Shown one piece after another: positions 20,955 through 30,917 of a stretch of 64,000 nucleotides of DNA. The stretch covers positions 2,056-66,055 of the forward strand of contig JBHLRS010000008.1 in the NCBI GenBank assembly GCA_048882325.1, read 5' to 3'. A program made the translations under genes and the position numbers. The notes under the pieces were generated by a model. The model worked only from the letters and a program-made list of their open reading frames with translations. It ran no database searches and was not told where the DNA came from. The stretch comes from Candidatus Thorarchaeota archaeon (lineage in GTDB: Archaea > Asgardarchaeota > Thorarchaeia > Thorarchaeales > Thorarchaeaceae). Within the stretch, counting starts at the first letter, position 1. The number at the start of each line of letters is the position of its first letter.

Positions 20955-21827
20955 TCAATCTATCATCAGGTCATCAATAATTTGTTGGACGTCCTTAAGC
21001 TTCGTAGTGTGGTCCTTTAGAGGTACGTCTTCTGGCAAAGCAATGCCTGCTGCGAGGTCTGGAGCATCTGTCTTGTAGAAGACTCCGATTGGAATCCTGT
21101 CCTCCACAAAGAGCGCTTTCTCCAAGGCTGCAAGTCTGTCTGAAATGTCGTGACCATTGTCTTGCAGTGAGTATGTGTTCTCATTGTAGAATTTCCAAGT
21201 CAGTTGCTTGTTCCATGTTTTGCATGGTTGAAGAATGTCTACTACAGCAAATCCTCGATGTTTTATGGCCTCCACCATTATCTTCACTAACGCCTTCTGA
21301 TCGCCTGAGAATCCTCGAGCCACATATGTAGCCCCTCCAGTGATGGCTTGTGCAACAGGATTGGCAGGTGCCATTGGTGCACCTGGAGGTGGAGGTGATG
21401 TGTTAGAAACATATCCCCGTGGAGCAGCTGGTGAAAACTGTCCCTTTGTGAGACCCATGACACCATTATTGTGAATGAAGACTGCAAGGTTGACATTCCT
21501 TCGAGCCGCATGAATGAAGTGTCCAAGACCCTCTCCAAGAGTGTCACCATCACCAGCATGCACCACAACCTCGAGATTCTTGTTTGCCATATGGATTCCA
21601 GTTCCGACAGGGATTGGTCGACCATGGATCGTGTGGAAACTGTTGAATCCCCCGATATAGTGAGGGATTTTCCCGGAACAGCCTATTCCTGAAGATATCA
21701 CAAGATTGTGCACTGGGATCTCCAGTTCAAGCGTTGTCTTTTTCAATGCGGCTAAGATTCCAAAGTTGCCACAACCTGTGCACCATGTCACTTTCTGTGG
21801 TCCTTCTAGCTGCTCAGGAGTTGTCAT
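20955..21827 (-). CDS. 2-oxoacid:ferredoxin oxidoreductase beta subunit
   Basis: WCTGCG, SGIGCS, HGR, GDGD...NN TPP motif, GLTKGQ.SP. Confidence 0.93.
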   Translation of the reverse strand: MTTPEQLEGPQKVTWCTGCGNFGILAALKKTTLELEIPVHNLVISSGIGCSGKIPHYIGGFNSFHTIHGRPIPVGTGIHMANKNLEVVVHAGDGDTLGEGLGHFIHAARRNVNLAVFIHNNGVMGLTKGQFSPAAPRGYVSNTSPPPPGAPMAPANPVAQAITGGATYVARGFSGDQKALVKIMVEAIKHRGFAVVDILQPCKTWNKQLTWKFYNENTYSLQDNGHDISDRLAALEKALFVEDRIPIGVFYKTDAPDLAAGIALPEDVPLKDHTTKLKDVQQIIDDLMID

Positions 21828-23542
21828 TTCATTCCAGCCTCCTTGATCTCGTCAACTATCCATCTCGCTGTCATAGGCCGCCCATCATACTTGTTGATGT
21901 GATGATGGACAGATATACCCGTGGCCATCTTGACCAGTTGCGCAAACTGAGATGTGACATTCTGTTCAACAGATATGATTTGCTTTGATTTGCCAAGAAC
22001 TTCTCTGAGTTTTTCGGTCCTCAATGGGTAAACATCACAAAAGTGTAAATGATTGATAGAAACGCTAGCATCCAACAGAATCTGCATGGCTTCATTCGCC
22101 GCACCCCAAGTCGAACCCCAAGTCAGGAGTGTTATTCCAGCCTCTTCATCTCCATACAGCTGTGGAGGGTTAAGCGACTTCATTATTGCAGGAAGCTTGT
22201 TCATGAACTTGGCGACCATCTTGTTCCGAATGTCTGCATCCTCAGTTATGTGACCGTCCTCGCGATGAACATTCCCTGATGATACAACAATTTTGCCCTC
22301 ATCACCAGGAAAAGCTCGTGGAGAAATCCCATCTTCAGTCAAGAGATATCGTTTATACCCAGAATCCGGACCACTTTTTGCCAGTTTTCCACGATCGACT
22401 CTGACTCCTGAAACGTCAATCCTTGGCACATTCATTACGGAATCCGCAAGAAATTGGTCTCCGAGAATCATTACTGGAACTTGGAATTTTTCAGTCAGAT
22501 TGAAAGCTCTTGTTGCAACATCGAATGCTTCAAGAGGGTCCTTTGGTGCGAGGAGAATACGTGGAAACTCACCCTGACTCGCGAATGCCATGAAGAAGAG
22601 ATCAGCCTGTTCTGTTCGTGTTGGTAGTCCAGTGCTTGGTCCAGGTCTTTGTGCGTTATAGATAACGATAGGAATCTCAGCCATAGCTGCTAATCCTACA
22701 CCTTCAACCATCAATGAAAAGCCGCCACCAGACGTGGTCACCATGGAGCGTGCGCCTCCATATGATGCGCCAATTGCCATTGCAAGAGAAGCAATCTCAT
22801 CTTCAGTCTGAAGTGTTCCGATTTTTAGAGAGCGGCTGTAGGAAACAATATCCATGAACAGAGATGTTGAAGGGCTCATCGGGTATGACGAAACCCATTT
22901 TACATTGGCAGCCATAGCTCCAAGAGCCAATGCACGGCTACCGGTCAACAGCAATTTGTCCTTTGATGGACCAGTTTCAAGCGTGTCAAGATTGTAGCGG
23001 CATGTACCTGTGAAATTCTCCATAGTCAAGTCATAGAGGGCTTTGGCCACTGCAACATTACCAGCAACTATTTTCTCACCCTTTCGACCAAAAATCGTAC
23101 TCAACGCTTTTTCTGCTAGTTTGAAAGGAAACCTGATTACCGACAGAATGGCTCCAAGAGCAGCTGCGTTCATCATTCGAATATTGCCACCCACTTCCTT
23201 TGCTATCTTCTCTAGGGGTGCTGGATAATGACATGCTTCCAAATCGTCAAATTCAATAGTGTCTTCAAAGATGATGACGCCTTCTTCAACGAGTTTATCA
23301 CGCTGTCCAACCACTGCGTCACGTGAGAGTGCGACGATAACATCAATGTAGTCAACTGGTGCATGTACAGGTTGGTCGCTCACCCGAACCTGTGTGAAGT
23401 TGTATCCGCCTCTTATACGAGATTCGAAATCTTTGATTGTAAATGTGTAGAAACCGGCTTGTACAAAGACCTGAGTCAAAAGGTCTCCAATTGTGTCGAT
23501 TCCTTGACCAGCTTCTCCACCAATGTTGAATGTAATGTCCAC
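21824..23542 (-). CDS. 2-oxoacid:ferredoxin oxidoreductase alpha subunit (gamma-alpha fusion)
   Basis: GGEAGQG, SRIRGG, YPMSPST, EDEIA, TSGGGFSLM, QRPGPSTGLPT; 4-nt overlap with beta. Confidence 0.93.
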   Translation of the reverse strand: MDITFNIGGEAGQGIDTIGDLLTQVFVQAGFYTFTIKDFESRIRGGYNFTQVRVSDQPVHAPVDYIDVIVALSRDAVVGQRDKLVEEGVIIFEDTIEFDDLEACHYPAPLEKIAKEVGGNIRMMNAAALGAILSVIRFPFKLAEKALSTIFGRKGEKIVAGNVAVAKALYDLTMENFTGTCRYNLDTLETGPSKDKLLLTGSRALALGAMAANVKWVSSYPMSPSTSLFMDIVSYSRSLKIGTLQTEDEIASLAMAIGASYGGARSMVTTSGGGFSLMVEGVGLAAMAEIPIVIYNAQRPGPSTGLPTRTEQADLFFMAFASQGEFPRILLAPKDPLEAFDVATRAFNLTEKFQVPVMILGDQFLADSVMNVPRIDVSGVRVDRGKLAKSGPDSGYKRYLLTEDGISPRAFPGDEGKIVVSSGNVHREDGHITEDADIRNKMVAKFMNKLPAIMKSLNPPQLYGDEEAGITLLTWGSTWGAANEAMQILLDASVSINHLHFCDVYPLRTEKLREVLGKSKQIISVEQNVTSQFAQLVKMATGISVHHHINKYDGRPMTARWIVDEIKEAGMK

Positions 23543-23642
23543 CTAGCATTCCTCTCATTGCACATTGAAACTGAGTGATTTAGCAACTAGGAGCCTACTT
23601 ATCACCTTTGCTTCATGGTCGTGAATACTTGAGTTCCATAGA

Positions 23643-24923
23643 TCAAGATTTCACAAGAATGTTCATAGTGGCGTCCATGATTGTTGAGCATCCAGTCATA
23701 ATCATAGCTCTTCGAAGATCACTCTTAACATAGTTGAGGTACATCTCAACAGCTTCAGCACCTCCAGCTAGGGACATTCTAGCCAGAGGTCTGCCGATGA
23801 AAGCTGCATCTGCGCCCAGTGCTATCACCTTCAACACATCAAATCCAGTTCGGACTGCACCATCTGCTAAGACTGTAATCTTCTTCTTGCATGCCCTTGC
23901 AATATCAGGAAGGACTTCGCCAACACCTTGTCCAGAGTCCAGGACTCGTCCACCGTGATTCGATACATAAACTGCTGCTGCACCAGAGTCCATCACCTTT
24001 ATGGCATCTTCGACTGTCATGATACCTTTAAAGAAGACTGGTTTTTCAGTACAGTCAACTAACTCCTTTAGCTCACGCTCATTCTTTCGATAGACGGGTT
24101 TTCCTTTGGCTGCCCAGATAGCGGAACCACATCCATCTAGATCCACGCCAATCGCGATGGCATTACTCTCTTCTGCAATCTTGAAGAGCTCCAGTAATCG
24201 TTCCTGAGCTTGTGGCTTGAAAACAGCAATGCCATATCCACTGTTCTCCCGCACCATGTCAATCCCAAGAGTGTCAGGTACAGCGGCAGTGTTCCCCACT
24301 AGGCCAATTGCTCCAAATGCCTGGGACCCTCTCAATAGTCCACGATAGAAGTCCTCTTCCTTCATCACATCGTTCATGCTCGCCTTAACTCCTGAGATGC
24401 TGGAATTCATAACAGGCGCAACAATATCATGACCAAAGAGGGTTGAGCTGATATCAGGCTCGAAGTGGTCTTTCACAACTGTCATTCTGAACTTATAGGC
24501 TTGAAGTGCTAGAAAGTTTGCATGAAATGTTGTCCCCTGACCAGCAGCCCCAAAGCCAAGTGGAGCACCGTATTTCTGACCCATACATGTCCGATCTGGA
24601 TGTCCATCACAGACCTTGTTCTCAGAACAAAGACCAACTAATAATTCTCGTGCAATACTACGGTAGTAGTCCAGGGTTTTCTTTTCTGGTTCACCCTTTC
24701 TCTTAGCAACGAGCTCGGTAGACTTACCACTCTTCTCTCTGAATTCGTCCTCGCTGATTTCCTGAAGATAGCTTTTTGGTTTACCACAGATTGGGCACAC
24801 CCAATCATCAGGAATATCCTTGAGATTTGTTCCCGGAGCAAGTCCAGATTTCTCGTCACCAGATTCGGTATCATAGACATAGACCTTGCAATAGGTACAC
24901 ACATACCACAATATGGAAACCAC
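23643..24923 (-). CDS. Rubredoxin-fused FMN-dependent alpha-hydroxy-acid dehydrogenase
   Basis: N-terminal CTYC..YD...PGT...IPDDWVCPIC rubredoxin; C-terminal KGIM, VSNHGGRVLD, DGAVRTGFD, IGRP. Confidence 0.88.
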   Translation of the reverse strand: MVSILWYVCTYCKVYVYDTESGDEKSGLAPGTNLKDIPDDWVCPICGKPKSYLQEISEDEFREKSGKSTELVAKRKGEPEKKTLDYYRSIARELLVGLCSENKVCDGHPDRTCMGQKYGAPLGFGAAGQGTTFHANFLALQAYKFRMTVVKDHFEPDISSTLFGHDIVAPVMNSSISGVKASMNDVMKEEDFYRGLLRGSQAFGAIGLVGNTAAVPDTLGIDMVRENSGYGIAVFKPQAQERLLELFKIAEESNAIAIGVDLDGCGSAIWAAKGKPVYRKNERELKELVDCTEKPVFFKGIMTVEDAIKVMDSGAAAVYVSNHGGRVLDSGQGVGEVLPDIARACKKKITVLADGAVRTGFDVLKVIALGADAAFIGRPLARMSLAGGAEAVEMYLNYVKSDLRRAMIMTGCSTIMDATMNILVKS

Positions 24924-24974
24924 CTATTGGGAGATTATAATATAGAAATTGGATTGGTTTAAGAGGATTACTGG

Positions 24975-25586
24975 CTAGTCGCTAGACTCTATGTCATTGT
25001 CTGTCGCACCTGCTTTCTTTTCCTCTGCGAAGGGATCCCAGTCATCTTTTGGTTTAGACCTGCGCCATTTCCACCATGAAAGGTCAAGTCGCATTCCAGA
25101 CCAGGGAGAAATCACCTCGGGTCCCTCGATCCTCCACAGAATAATCAGACCAAGTATGAACTGTATGGGTATTGGATAGATGATATGGTACTCGGGAAAT
25201 GGTGCAGAATAGTAGTAGATTAGAAAGAGTGGTAAGAGATTAGCTATGACTCCCAACATGATGGTGTTATATCTCGAACTCCTCGCTTGATAGTACCGGA
25301 CCACCCAAAGGGCGAACACCCAATTTAGGACTGTAAGAGGGAGGAGAGCAAAGAGATCCATCGTCGACCATCCACAGAAAGGTAGTGTCGAGTGGAGTGG
25401 CTGTAATGAGATCTTCCATAAGAACGAGTAGATCATTGGTTCAAGATAGAACACTGGTGGGATACTCAAGTTATGGGGGACGTAACCTTGTGGAGCGATC
25501 ATTGTAATGAGAAACATAATGATTGCGATGACCCTTGGACTGACCCCATACATCTCCATCTCTGAGGAGTACTCGTCCTTCGTCAT
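24975..25586 (-). CDS. Hypothetical membrane protein
   Basis: 203 aa, about 4 hydrophobic segments. Confidence 0.6.
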   Translation of the reverse strand: MTKDEYSSEMEMYGVSPRVIAIIMFLITMIAPQGYVPHNLSIPPVFYLEPMIYSFLWKISLQPLHSTLPFCGWSTMDLFALLPLTVLNWVFALWVVRYYQARSSRYNTIMLGVIANLLPLFLIYYYSAPFPEYHIIYPIPIQFILGLIILWRIEGPEVISPWSGMRLDLSWWKWRRSKPKDDWDPFAEEKKAGATDNDIESSD

Positions 25587-25764
25587 TACAGACCCTCAAT
25601 CCAATCAGAGTATACATGTTGATAAGCGCTTTGTTCGTTGGAGTGCTGTACAGGTTTACTCGATGATACTAGATCTTCATTTTACACGACCGTTCAAAAC
25701 CATGCAATCCTCCAATGACAATAAAGCCAACAGAGGTTTTCTTCAGGGTCTAGACCAAGAACCT

Positions 25765-25844
25765 TTGTCATTTTGACAAGCTTTAAAAACGAAGTGCATG
25801 CACAGTTTTCTTGGAAGTATATGCCGAAGTGCATGTACAGTTTT
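25765..25844 (+). promoter_or_regulatory. Thermosome promoter region: inverted repeat, TATA-like box and 20-bp direct repeat
   Basis: TTGTCA-ttt-TGACAA (25765-25779); TTTAAAAA (25782-25789); CGAAGTGCATGYACAGTTTT at 25790-25809 and 25825-25844. Confidence 0.6.
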
Positions 25845-25915
25845 ACATAATGAACAATACACCATTCCATCCTAGGAACACGAATGGTGTAGACAAACCG
25901 TAAGGGGAAAACAAA

Positions 25916-27577
25916 ATGGCACAGTTGTCTGGAACACCCGTCCTGATTCTCAAGGAGGGTACTTCAAGAACACGCGGTAGAAACGCACAAGGCAACAACA
26001 TCATGGCAGGTATTGTCATCTCTGATGCTGTGAAATCCACTCTTGGACCACGAGGAATGGACAAGATGCTGGTGGACAGTCTGGGAGATGTGACCATCAC
26101 GAATGATGGAGCTTCAATCCTGAAAGAGATTGATGTACAACACCCAGCCGCAAAGATGCTCGTGGAAGTGGCGAAGAGCCAAGATCAGGAGACCGGCGAT
26201 GGCACCACAACATCAGTGGTCATTGCTGGAGAGCTCCTGAAGAGAGCGCAAGAGTTGTTGGAAAAGAAGATTCATCCAACTATCATTGTTGGAGGGTATC
26301 ACAAGGCAGCCGAGAAAGCCACAAAGATACTCAAGGATATCGAGGTGTCGATGGAAGGCATGGACAAGAAAGTCCTGACTGGAATTGCATCAACATCTAT
26401 GAACAGCAAGTCTGTTGTTGGTTCAAAGGACCACTTCGCAAAGATTGCTGTTGACTCAGTACTACAGATTGCTGAGGAGAAAGATGGCGGTGTTGTGGCA
26501 GACATTGAGATGATTGAAATCATCAAGAAACAGGGCAAGAGCCTCACTGAAACCGAGCTCGTAAAGGGCATGGTCATTGACAAGGAAGTCGTACATGCCT
26601 CGATGCCAAGGAAAGTGGAGAAAGCCAAGATAGCTCTGGTCAATGCAGCAATCGAGGTTGAGAAGACCGAGTTCGATGCAGAGATCAAGATCGACAGTCC
26701 CGAGCAAATCAAGGCATTCCTCGATGAGGAGGAGCGTATGCTTACCACCATGGTCGACAAGATAGTCAACACTGGTGCAAACGTTCTCGTCTGTCAGAAA
26801 GGTATTGACGATGTTGCTCAGCACTATCTAGCTAAAGCTGGAGTCCTCGCAATCCGTAGGGCAAAGAAGAGCACACTGGAGAAGCTCGCAAAAGCTACTG
26901 GCGCAAAGATTGCTACAAGTCTTGATGAGCTTGATGCAGATTATCTCGGTGCTGCAGGACTTGTTGAAGAGGTCAAGATTGCAGATGACAAGCTTGTCTA
27001 TGTCAAAGACTGCAAGGATCCAAAGGCTGTATCGATTGTCATTCGTGGCGGTACTGAGCATGTTGTTGACGAAGCCGACAGAGCACTGCATGATGCACTC
27101 TGTGTTGTAAGGAATGTTGTCGAGGATTCAACATACGTTGCTGGTGGTGGCTCAACAGAAGCTGAGATCTCAAAAAGACTCGAAGCTTACGCCAACAAAG
27201 TTGGCGGTCGTGAGCAATTGGCAATTGAAGCATTCGCAGAATCTCTACTCATTATTCCAAAGACACTGGCAGAGAACGGCGGTCACGATCCCATTGACAT
27301 CATTGCCGATCTGAACAAAGACCACACCAAGGTAACAGGAACTTGGTATGGTGTCGATGTCATGAAAGGTAAGACATCAGATATGATGAAGGCGGGTGTG
27401 ATTGAACCAGCTCGAGTCAAGAGCCAAGCAATCCGAGCAGCTGCAGAGGCTGCTCAGATGATCTTGAGGATTGACGATGTCATCGCCGCCAAGGCTAGTT
27501 CTGGTCCTCCACCGGGTGCTGGTGGTGGAATGGGTGGTATGCCTGGTGGAATGGGCGGAATGCCGGGTATGATGTGA
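25916..27577 (+). CDS. ths: Thermosome (group II chaperonin) subunit
   Basis: TLGPRGMDKML, ITNDGASIL, GDGTTT, GGM-rich C-terminus. Confidence 0.97.
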   Translation: MAQLSGTPVLILKEGTSRTRGRNAQGNNIMAGIVISDAVKSTLGPRGMDKMLVDSLGDVTITNDGASILKEIDVQHPAAKMLVEVAKSQDQETGDGTTTSVVIAGELLKRAQELLEKKIHPTIIVGGYHKAAEKATKILKDIEVSMEGMDKKVLTGIASTSMNSKSVVGSKDHFAKIAVDSVLQIAEEKDGGVVADIEMIEIIKKQGKSLTETELVKGMVIDKEVVHASMPRKVEKAKIALVNAAIEVEKTEFDAEIKIDSPEQIKAFLDEEERMLTTMVDKIVNTGANVLVCQKGIDDVAQHYLAKAGVLAIRRAKKSTLEKLAKATGAKIATSLDELDADYLGAAGLVEEVKIADDKLVYVKDCKDPKAVSIVIRGGTEHVVDEADRALHDALCVVRNVVEDSTYVAGGGSTEAEISKRLEAYANKVGGREQLAIEAFAESLLIIPKTLAENGGHDPIDIIADLNKDHTKVTGTWYGVDVMKGKTSDMMKAGVIEPARVKSQAIRAAAEAAQMILRIDDVIAAKASSGPPPGAGGGMGGMPGGMGGMPGMM

Positions 27578-27599
27578 TATCAGTCTACAAGCGAAACTC

Positions 27600-27631
27600 T
27601 GGAGCCTTAGGGCTCCACTCTTTTCTTTTTT
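27600..27631 (+). terminator. Hairpin plus T-tract terminator after thermosome
   Basis: TGGAGCC-TTAG-GGCTCCA followed by CTCTTTTCTTTTTT. Confidence 0.7.
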
Positions 27632-27644
27632 CAGCGAGGTTCTC

Positions 27645-28496
27645 ATGTTGACCAAGCGTGTCTTACTTGTCGGAATGAACAGCTTCGATTCAGGAAAGAC
27701 ACAGTTTGCCATTCATCTTAGTGGAGCACTTTGTAATTCAGGTGAGTCGATTGAGTACTTCAAACCTTTGAGTGGACATAACTATTGGTACAATCATGCC
27801 CACACAAAGGTCTGTTTAGAGGAGGGGCTTTTGGTTTCGAAGGATGCAATGAGAGTGAGGAAATTCTTGAACCCCAGGAGTCCTATCGAACTGGCCAATC
27901 CAGTCCATAGCTTGTTTGTACCTCTGAGAATTGATAGACCATTGCAGAAGCTGACTAACACTCTTGGTCTCTCAGGTGCTAGTTCTGTTCTGGCAATGAC
28001 ACGATTCAGTCGACCTATAGATTCAGGCATAGACACAACAGTCCTATTGGCAGATGAACTCATTGAAGAGGAAGAACTGATTATCACCCAGGAAGAAGTT
28101 GGAAAGCTGACTAAAGGAGCTGCTATTCTCTCCGTCAGCAATCTTGAGGAGGTCCAAGATTTCGAAGAACACAACTTCGAGATGCATGTTACAGACTCGT
28201 TTGCTGAGGTTGAGAAAGCAGCAGACATCACAATCATTGAGGGGTTCAATGATTCGGCATGGCCTTGGGAGGCTCTTGAGTCAGTTGATACTGTCCTGCT
28301 GGTCAGTCCAGCTCATGTCTTTTCATATGATCCCGAGAGATTTCGCAAGGCAGTTTTTCTTATGATCCGACGTAACCTACCAATCCGTGAGGTGACTTTT
28401 AGCAGAATATCCGACTTGCTGAAACCACTCAATCGAATAGAGTTTAGACCAGATAGTCACCTATCTCCTGCGGACCTCAAGATTCTTGGAATCTAG
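27645..28496 (+). CDS. Archaeal P-loop NTPase (dethiobiotin-synthase-like fold), function unknown
   Basis: VGMNSFDSGKT Walker A-like, YFKPLSGHN.WY, IIEGFND. Confidence 0.7.
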   Translation: MLTKRVLLVGMNSFDSGKTQFAIHLSGALCNSGESIEYFKPLSGHNYWYNHAHTKVCLEEGLLVSKDAMRVRKFLNPRSPIELANPVHSLFVPLRIDRPLQKLTNTLGLSGASSVLAMTRFSRPIDSGIDTTVLLADELIEEEELIITQEEVGKLTKGAAILSVSNLEEVQDFEEHNFEMHVTDSFAEVEKAADITIIEGFNDSAWPWEALESVDTVLLVSPAHVFSYDPERFRKAVFLMIRRNLPIREVTFSRISDLLKPLNRIEFRPDSHLSPADLKILGI

Positions 28497-28529
28497 TTTC
28501 GCACAGGAAAGAATGATATTGGACAAATT

Positions 28530-29516
28530 GTGATTCCAGAGTATACAACCGGTGATAATAGATTGACAGAGGACTTGAACTGGGAACTCATTGTAATTGG
28601 TGGCGGTCCCGCTGGGATGACAGCTGCTATCTATGGAGCACGATATGGACTCAAGACATTACTGTTGGAATCAAAAGTCTTGGGAGGTGCTCAGGCAACA
28701 AGTCCTGGAATAGAGAATTATCCCGGTTATACATTCATTGTTGGACTTGATTTAGCGAACAAGATGAAGGAGCAGGTCAAGAAATGTGGAGCCTTCGTTA
28801 GGGAGATCACCGAAGTCAAGAGTGTTGAAAGAGAAGCCGAGAATGGAAACTTTCTCCTTGACACCCGGAGGGGCGTCTATAGAGCACCAGCAATTATCTT
28901 CGCGACCGGAGGTGGGCACAAACATCTCAATGTTCCAGGAGAGGAGATGCTCACAGGTCGAGGTGTTTCATATTGTGCCACGTGTGATGGTCCACTCTTT
29001 CGGGAAAAAACAGTAGCAGTAATAGGCGGAGGCAATACTGCTGTCACCGAGGCACTGTATCTTGCAGAGGTTGTGGGTAAGGTCTATCTCATCCATAGAA
29101 GAGATGAGCTGAGAGCTGAGAAGATAGTACAGGACTATGTGTTCAACTCTAGTGTTGAGATTCTTTGGGAAACGATTGTCAAGGAAATCAGGGGTGATGA
29201 CCTTGTCAACGAGTTGCTGTTAGAGAGCGTCAAGACTGGAGAACAAAGCACCCTTCCAGTAGATGGAGCCTTTATTGCGCTGGGTTCTAATCCAGAGAGC
29301 TCTCTTGCTCAAAGCATTGGTGTAGAAACTAATGAGAGAGGGGAGATCATCGTCAATGCGAAACAAGCAACCAATATTCCTGGAGTGTTTGCCGCCGGAG
29401 ACGTTGTCGAATCCATGAAGCAAATTGCTGTGGCAGTGGGTCACGGGGCAATTGCCGCAGATACTGCTTATTCCTACATCAGGAAGATACAGAGAGGCCC
29501 ACTCGGGTACGCCTAG
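28530..29516 (+). CDS. trxB: Thioredoxin-disulfide reductase
   Basis: GGGPAG, ENYPG, GVSYCATCDG, GGGNTA, HRRD, FAAGD. Confidence 0.95.
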   Translation: MIPEYTTGDNRLTEDLNWELIVIGGGPAGMTAAIYGARYGLKTLLLESKVLGGAQATSPGIENYPGYTFIVGLDLANKMKEQVKKCGAFVREITEVKSVEREAENGNFLLDTRRGVYRAPAIIFATGGGHKHLNVPGEEMLTGRGVSYCATCDGPLFREKTVAVIGGGNTAVTEALYLAEVVGKVYLIHRRDELRAEKIVQDYVFNSSVEILWETIVKEIRGDDLVNELLLESVKTGEQSTLPVDGAFIALGSNPESSLAQSIGVETNERGEIIVNAKQATNIPGVFAAGDVVESMKQIAVAVGHGAIAADTAYSYIRKIQRGPLGYA

Positions 29517-29633
29517 GTCAGTATTATCTAGTACATCCTTTGTTGTGGGGAAACGTTAATAACCGAGCCTCTGTCCGATGCTCAAAGCGCTGAGCCGAAT
29601 CTCAGTGACATCCATATTGACCGTGATGACATT

Positions 29634-30848
29634 ATGAAAAGGGTCAAAGTCGTAGCATTAGCACTCACATTTACCTTTGTATTGCTTGCTTTTACAGCGC
29701 AACCGGTAGCAGCAGCATCTCGTTATGACTCTCTAAGGTCATATATGACAAGCAGGTACGACGCTGTAAGGGGTGGTTACTCAATCCCTGGTGAAGGAGT
29801 AGTACGAATCAATCCCACCTATGGTGCTATCTCGATCATGAATGCTGTTGGCACTCTTGATAATAGACCAGCGCCCGTAACCATCGTAGATGTCATGGAC
29901 TTTCTTGTGTCACACCAAATGACTAGCGGAGAAGAAGACGATCCTGATAACGTAAGATATGGAGGGCTCAGTGATTATCTATTAGGTCCAGTTTCAAATG
30001 GCATCAATTATAGAGGTCTTGTTCTCTGGCATCATCTAAAAGACCAAAGTGATATCCCAGGTACAGGCGACTATGATATTAATGCAACTGCAAATCTCCT
30101 ATGGATCAATAGGACCTACACTGAGTCGGGAGGATATGCTAGTACAGCTGAGATTGCGAGTGAAGGAGGAGACCCAGATCTATTATCCACAGCATATGCC
30201 CTCGCATCGTTTCGGATTCTAGATGATCTCTATCCACTCGAGAATGCATTGGATTGGATATTTAATGAAACCGCAACGGTAGATTGGATAGAGAACTGCA
30301 AAGTTGGAGGTGCCTACAAACTCAGTCCTGACTCAACGCTTCCCAGTGTGACCGCAACATATGCGGCGGTGTTAGCCTACACAGCACTGTACCCTGCTAT
30401 TACCGTCCCAGACTCTTCAAATCTTCATGCGTGGCTTCTTGATCGTCAGGTTCTGGATGATGACGAACTGGAGTTTATTGGAGGATTTGAGGAGGGCAAT
30501 GGAACTGAGGTTCCGAGTTTATTATCAACCTATTTTGCGCTCTCTGCAATGAATATGCTCGATACCATCACAACAGCCAATAGCACAGCAGCAGAAGCAT
30601 TTGTGCTGAACTGTCAGACTCCTGAGGGTAGTTTTGCTAATGCTCCAGGTTATAGTACTGGTAGTTTACTTTACTCAGGGTACGCTTGTCAGATTCTTGA
30701 CTTTCTATTCGATGGAGCAATGAGTAGTCTTTCATCTCAGGATCCATTCTCTCCGGGAGATACTGGCTTTGAATGGCGAACCTATGTTATTATTGGTATA
30801 TTGGTGATTGTTGTTGTACTTGCGGTTCTTGGAGTGAGAGCAGACTAG
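29634..30848 (+). CDS. Secreted, C-terminally anchored prenyltransferase/squalene-oxidase-repeat (alpha/alpha barrel) protein
   Basis: Signal peptide (VAAA); repeats GGY/GGF...STY.A; RQ...GGF; CQTPEGSF; C-terminal TM YVIIGILVIVVVLAVLG. Confidence 0.7.
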   Translation: MKRVKVVALALTFTFVLLAFTAQPVAAASRYDSLRSYMTSRYDAVRGGYSIPGEGVVRINPTYGAISIMNAVGTLDNRPAPVTIVDVMDFLVSHQMTSGEEDDPDNVRYGGLSDYLLGPVSNGINYRGLVLWHHLKDQSDIPGTGDYDINATANLLWINRTYTESGGYASTAEIASEGGDPDLLSTAYALASFRILDDLYPLENALDWIFNETATVDWIENCKVGGAYKLSPDSTLPSVTATYAAVLAYTALYPAITVPDSSNLHAWLLDRQVLDDDELEFIGGFEEGNGTEVPSLLSTYFALSAMNMLDTITTANSTAAEAFVLNCQTPEGSFANAPGYSTGSLLYSGYACQILDFLFDGAMSSLSSQDPFSPGDTGFEWRTYVIIGILVIVVVLAVLGVRAD

Positions 30849-30917
30849 AGGATACAATAGCTTTATCTCAACAGCGAGTTAAGAGGCTCCAAGGACCGAA
30901 TTATCTCGGTTCTTAGG

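Noticed and set aside
25790-25844. 20-bp direct repeat considered as a mini-CRISPR
   Set aside because: Only two copies, 15-bp spacer, no cas genes; promoter location fits an operator
27505-27577. GGT/GGA-ATG repeats
   Set aside because: Ordinary Gly-Gly-Met chaperonin tail
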